DNA from: Candidatus Bathyarchaeota archaeon
GTDB taxonomy: Archaea; Thermoproteota; Bathyarchaeia; Bathyarchaeales; Bathycorpusculaceae
Assembly (NCBI GenBank): GCA_963717465.1
Contig: OY970340.1
Span: 1,056,001-1,120,000 of the forward strand
Length of the DNA stretch: 64,000 nt
Direction: 5' to 3'
Positions 60,164 through 64,000 of the stretch are shown in pieces. Position numbers and translations under genes: made by a program. The first letter of the stretch is position 1. The number at the start of each line of letters is the position of its first letter. The notes under the pieces are model-generated. The model saw only the letters and a list, made by a program, of their open reading frames with translations. It did no database searches and was not told where the DNA came from.

Positions 60164-60739
60164 TTGAAAAAAGAAATTATTCATAATCAAACTGCTGAAC
60201 GAAAAACTTTGGAGGAAAGCGTCAAGCCAAAGAAATCAAAGTCAGCGCCTATCCTAGATGATGTTGACAGGCACATTCTGCAGATAATTCAGGATGATTT
60301 TCCCCTTGTTCAAAAACCGTGGCAGGAGATAAGTTCCAGACTTAGCATCAGTGAAAGCGAAGTAATGGCTAGGTTGCGGCGACTCAGCGAAGAAGGTGTA
60401 ATTCGTAAAATAGGTCCAATCATCGAGAACTCAAAGATCGGCTTAAACGCTTCCACCTTAGTCGCGGTAAAAGTTCAGAAAGATCGAGTTGACCAAGTTT
60501 CCTGCATCATTAACCAGTTTGATAATGTTTCTCATAATTACGAGCGGGAAGATGAGTACAATGTTTGGTTCACTCTTGTTGCTTCAAGCAAAAGCAGATT
60601 GACTGAAATTCTGGATGAGATTAAGAGGAAAACTGGCGTTGAAGAACAGGATATGCTTAGTCTTCCGACTGTTCGGCGCTTCAAAATAAACGTGTGTTTT
60701 CAACTGACTGAACAAACTTCAGGTGAAAAGAATGGATGA
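60164..60739 (+). CDS. ahbA: Siroheme decarboxylase subunit A (Lrp-like)
   Basis: IQDDFPL..KPW, IRKIGP, STLVA, VSHNYER, YNVWFTL. Confidence 0.88.
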   Translation: MKKEIIHNQTAERKTLEESVKPKKSKSAPILDDVDRHILQIIQDDFPLVQKPWQEISSRLSISESEVMARLRRLSEEGVIRKIGPIIENSKIGLNASTLVAVKVQKDRVDQVSCIINQFDNVSHNYEREDEYNVWFTLVASSKSRLTEILDEIKRKTGVEEQDMLSLPTVRRFKINVCFQLTEQTSGEKNG

Positions 60740-61208
60740 AGTTGACCGAAACCTCCTTTCTGCATTAAAGAAAGGGATTCCTTTAACAGTTGAACCCTTC
60801 AACGAAGTCGCTAAGCAGTTGGGAATTAGTCCTCAAGAAGTTGTCTCCAGACTAATTGCATTTCAGAAGGATGGCGTAATTAGAAGGTTTGGCGCATTCG
60901 TGAAACCTAACAGCGTGGGTTTTCCAGCAAATGCTCTTGTAGCTTGGAAAGTACCTCAAGAAAGCATTTGTAAAGTCGGAAGTTATCTGTCAAAACTCAG
61001 GGAAGTCTCACATTGTTACGAGCGAGAAGTAGTCGCTGGGAAATGGAAATATAACCTCTACTTAGTGATTCATGCGAAAAATCGTGAGGATATTCAGCGG
61101 CTGGCCAAAGATATTTCAATGGAGCTGGCAATCAACGAGTATAAAATACTCTACAGCATAAGGAACCTAAGAGAAACAGTTCCTGTTTCATCAACACCGA
61201 AACTTTGA
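60732..61208 (+). CDS. ahbB: Siroheme decarboxylase subunit B
   Basis: IPLTVEPF, IRRFGA, ANALVAW, VSHCYER, WKYNLYLVIH. Confidence 0.88.
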   Translation: MDEVDRNLLSALKKGIPLTVEPFNEVAKQLGISPQEVVSRLIAFQKDGVIRRFGAFVKPNSVGFPANALVAWKVPQESICKVGSYLSKLREVSHCYEREVVAGKWKYNLYLVIHAKNREDIQRLAKDISMELAINEYKILYSIRNLRETVPVSSTPKL

Positions 61209-61247
61209 AAAGCTAACTGAATATGGAGACGTAGAAGGTAACTTGCT

Positions 61248-62396
61248 TTGATTAACATTTCTAAGCTTTGGTCAGGAACCCCTGGTTCAATGGATCACTT
61301 ACGATACGGCAACAAAACTCATCAAAAACCTGTGGTTGTTTGGAATGCCACCCAGAGATGCAACCTTAACTGCGTCCACTGCTATTCAGAGTCCAAGAAC
61401 AGAATTTACCCGAGCGAATTAACGACCGAGGAAGCGCAGGCTTTTGTAAAGGATTTGGCCGAGTTCGGGGTAAGTGTCCTGCTGTTTTCTGGCGGTGAAC
61501 CCTTGCTTCGACATGACATCTTTGAAGTGGCGAGTTTAGCTTCTGATATGGGCATCAAGACAGTTTTGTCCACGAACGGCACCCTCATCACAGAAAACAA
61601 GGCGAAGATGCTTAAGAAGAAGGGTTTTTCGTACGTCGGCGTCAGTTTAGACGGCGTAGGCGAAACAAACAATAAGTTTAGAGGCAAAGAAAAAGCCTTC
61701 GAGCTGGCAGTTGAGGGAATAAGAAACTGTCTTAAGGCAGATGTTAAGCCAGGGTTGCGTTTTACGATTACAGCCTACAATTATAAGGATGTACCAGAAA
61801 TCTTCAATTTTGTCGAAGCTGAACATGTTCCGAGGGTCTGCTTCTATCATCTGGCTTACGTTGGACGCGGGACAAACATTGCCTGCAGTGATCTGACGCA
61901 TGCCCAGTCAAGAGCGTTTATGGATTACCTCTTAGAAAAAACTGAAGCCTTATACAAGAAGGGTTTAAACACTGAAATACTGACGGTGGATAACCATGCC
62001 GACGCAGCGTACTTGTACCTCAAGCTGAAGGAAAAAGATCCACAAAAAGCGGAGGAAACATTGAAACTTCTAAAGATTAATGGCGGCAACAGTTCAGGCT
62101 CGGGAATTGCGTGCGTTGATTCCACGGGTCTTGTGCATGCTGACCAATTTTGGAGACATTATTCAGTTGGCAACATCCGTACAAGGAAATTCAGTGAAAT
62201 CTGGAATGATAACTCAGAGCCCCTTCTCCATGCTTTACGAAACAGAAAAGCATACTTGACTGGAAAATGTGTAGCATGCCGATTCCTCGGTATATGCAAC
62301 GGTAACTTGAGGGTAAGAGCGGAAGCAGTTTACCGTGACATGTGGGCACCTGACCCAGCTTGCTATTTGACAAAAGCAGAAGTAAAAATGGATTGA
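61248..62396 (+). CDS. ahbC: Fe-coproporphyrin synthase (radical SAM/SPASM)
   Basis: PVVVWN.TQRCNLNCVHCY, VDNHAD, GGNSSG, ADQFW, CNGNLRVRA, DPACY. Confidence 0.92.
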   Translation: MINISKLWSGTPGSMDHLRYGNKTHQKPVVVWNATQRCNLNCVHCYSESKNRIYPSELTTEEAQAFVKDLAEFGVSVLLFSGGEPLLRHDIFEVASLASDMGIKTVLSTNGTLITENKAKMLKKKGFSYVGVSLDGVGETNNKFRGKEKAFELAVEGIRNCLKADVKPGLRFTITAYNYKDVPEIFNFVEAEHVPRVCFYHLAYVGRGTNIACSDLTHAQSRAFMDYLLEKTEALYKKGLNTEILTVDNHADAAYLYLKLKEKDPQKAEETLKLLKINGGNSSGSGIACVDSTGLVHADQFWRHYSVGNIRTRKFSEIWNDNSEPLLHALRNRKAYLTGKCVACRFLGICNGNLRVRAEAVYRDMWAPDPACYLTKAEVKMD

Positions 62397-62406
62397 AGGC
62401 AATGAT

Positions 62407-63483
62407 ATGAACGCAACAGAGCCGCATTCTGTTAAAAGGCAGGAGTTGGCGCCTAGAGTTTTAGCTTGGGAATCAACACGTGCCTGCAACTTTGCCTGTG
62501 TCCATTGCCGAGCCAAAGCCCAAAGGAAAGCTAACCCAAAGCAGCTTACCACTCAAGAAACATTAGACATGATTGATCAAATTGCCGCGTTCTGCAAACC
62601 CGTTTTTATCATAAGCGGTGGCGACCCTTTCCTTAGAGCAGACATATTCCAAGTTGCCTCGCATGCATGTAGCCAAGGCTTTCGGGTGGTTATGTCTCCA
62701 AGTGGCAGTAATATTACCTCAAAAACTTTCCAAGAAATGAAGAATGCAGGGGTGAAAATGATTTCCCTGAGCCTAGACGGGTCTACTTCAAAAATTCATG
62801 ACAATTTTAGGCAAGTTCCAGGTGCATTCAACATGGCACTGGAGAACATGGCGTTGGCGCGTGAAAGCAACTTTCCGTTCCGCGTGAACACAACCGTCAC
62901 CCAGCATAATCTCGGCGACCTTTCAAACATTCTTAAGCTGGCGACAGAAATAGGTGCCATAGAATGGGATGTCTTCATGCTGGTTCCAACGGGACGCGGA
63001 AAAGTCCAGATGGAAATAACGCCTCAACAGTACGAAGAAACCCTCCAATTCATCTACACAGCCAGCCTCAACGCGCCGATTCCCATCAAAATGACCTGCG
63101 CTCCCCACTACACGCGAGTTACCGCAGAACACCGAAAAAAAGCGAGTCAAAATGCTGATAATAGTAGACCTCAAACGGGTGGCAGAGGATGCATGGCGGG
63201 CAATGGGTTCTGCTTCATTTCCCACATTGGAGAAGTCTTCGGATGCGGTTTCCTTCCAGTCGCAGCGGGCAACATTAGGCAACAGAGCTTTAGGCAAATC
63301 TATCAGCAGTCGCCACTGTTTATTGAACTCCGTAATCATCAATTGTTAAAGGGCAAATGTGGAACCTGCGAGTACAAAGTGATGTGCGGAGGATGTAGAG
63401 CCAGAGCCTTGTCTATCAACAAAAATATTCAAGGAGAAGAACCATACTGCGTCTACGAACCTAAAAGATTGGGTATCGTTTAA
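62407..63483 (+). CDS. ahbD: AdoMet-dependent heme synthase (radical SAM/SPASM)
   Basis: WESTRACNFACVHCRA, LVPTGRG, TCAPHY, GCMAG, CGGCRARA, EEPYC. Confidence 0.92.
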   Translation: MNATEPHSVKRQELAPRVLAWESTRACNFACVHCRAKAQRKANPKQLTTQETLDMIDQIAAFCKPVFIISGGDPFLRADIFQVASHACSQGFRVVMSPSGSNITSKTFQEMKNAGVKMISLSLDGSTSKIHDNFRQVPGAFNMALENMALARESNFPFRVNTTVTQHNLGDLSNILKLATEIGAIEWDVFMLVPTGRGKVQMEITPQQYEETLQFIYTASLNAPIPIKMTCAPHYTRVTAEHRKKASQNADNSRPQTGGRGCMAGNGFCFISHIGEVFGCGFLPVAAGNIRQQSFRQIYQQSPLFIELRNHQLLKGKCGTCEYKVMCGGCRARALSINKNIQGEEPYCVYEPKRLGIV

Positions 63484-63621
63484 AGTTGCATTTTGAAAAA
63501 TCGATTTCCCTGTTTGCTTCAGCCAATGTTGCTAAGGCTGATAGTGCCTTTTCAAACTGTTTCTCAAGCATAATTTTAGCTTAGCTTCTATTCAATTTTA
63601 GTTTGATTTTTGAATTGAGTT

Positions 63622-64000
63622 CTAAATGGTTTCTAAAGCTTTTTGCTTCGCATCATCAAACTTGCCCTTCTTGAGCAGCTCCTTGACAGTCGAGTCCTCG
63701 ATTATCCTGTTAAGGATTGCTTTTCTGGTTTTTTGGTCGGCAACCGTTTGCTTGAGTTCTTTACGCAGCTGTTCCTGCAATTCTATCTGCAGCAAATCCT
63801 CAGGCGTGATCATTTTCTCCACTCTCTTTCTCAGAATGCTAGCCATAGCTGGGCTTTTTCCACTGGTTGAAACAGCTATTTTAACGTCTCCGACCTTTGC
63901 AACAGCTGGAAGAACAATATCACTTATAGAGGGGTTGTCTGGCGAGTAGACAAGGCATCCCTCAGACTTGGCTGACTCGAAAAGTTGAGCATTAAACTCA
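63622..64000 (-). CDS. sirC: Precorrin-2 dehydrogenase / siroheme synthase N-terminal type (5' end outside window)
   Basis: Manual translation ...DNPSISDIVLPAVAKVGDVKIAVSTSGKSPAMASILRKRVE. Confidence 0.88.
   Translation of the reverse strand, partial: EFNAQLFESAKSEGCLVYSPDNPSISDIVLPAVAKVGDVKIAVSTSGKSPAMASILRKRVEKMITPEDLLQIELQEQLRKELKQTVADQKTRKAILNRIIEDSTVKELLKKGKFDDAKQKALETI

Noticed and set aside
1..64000. CRISPR array, rRNA, intact transposase/integrase, and the many antisense ORFs in the track
   Set aside because: No regularly spaced repeat-spacer array or such genes were seen; antisense ORFs are shadows of well-supported genes.

Overview
Archaeal genomic window, most consistent with a Bathyarchaeia-type genome (inferred from gene content: archaeal aroA'/aroB' pathway, Topo VI, ABCE1, KEOPS Cgi121, corrinoid/UroD pair, ahb heme genes). 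Bases 1-20 kb are core genes: an aspartate kinase + shikimate-pathway operon, top6AB, ABCE1, THUMP, cgi121, a pilin locus and a class V aminotransferase/DUF1015 pair. Bases 20-60 kb are an accessory mosaic: bacterial-type clpB, CorA, ABC exporters, 7TM-PAS kinases, a corrinoid methyltransferase pair, a KstD-like/SDR/SnoaL cluster, radical SAM + fused ArsM, and surface proteins. The window ends in ahbABCD and sirC. Many genes in the first 30 kb carry small frameshifts, probably long-read consensus errors. The top unannotated signal is a 20-aa Phe/Tyr-rich leader peptide (MIANSDHIFSFEYCFYYYFP) in a structured 5' leader of the aromatic amino acid operon, suggesting ribosome-dependent attenuation in an archaeon. 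Other notable signals are a same-strand dispersed tRNA-T-arm-like hairpin repeat punctuating the accessory region, a 22-aa Glu/Trp microprotein upstream of ABCE1, and a candidate C/D box sRNA. All product calls come from motif recognition by eye, with no database searches.
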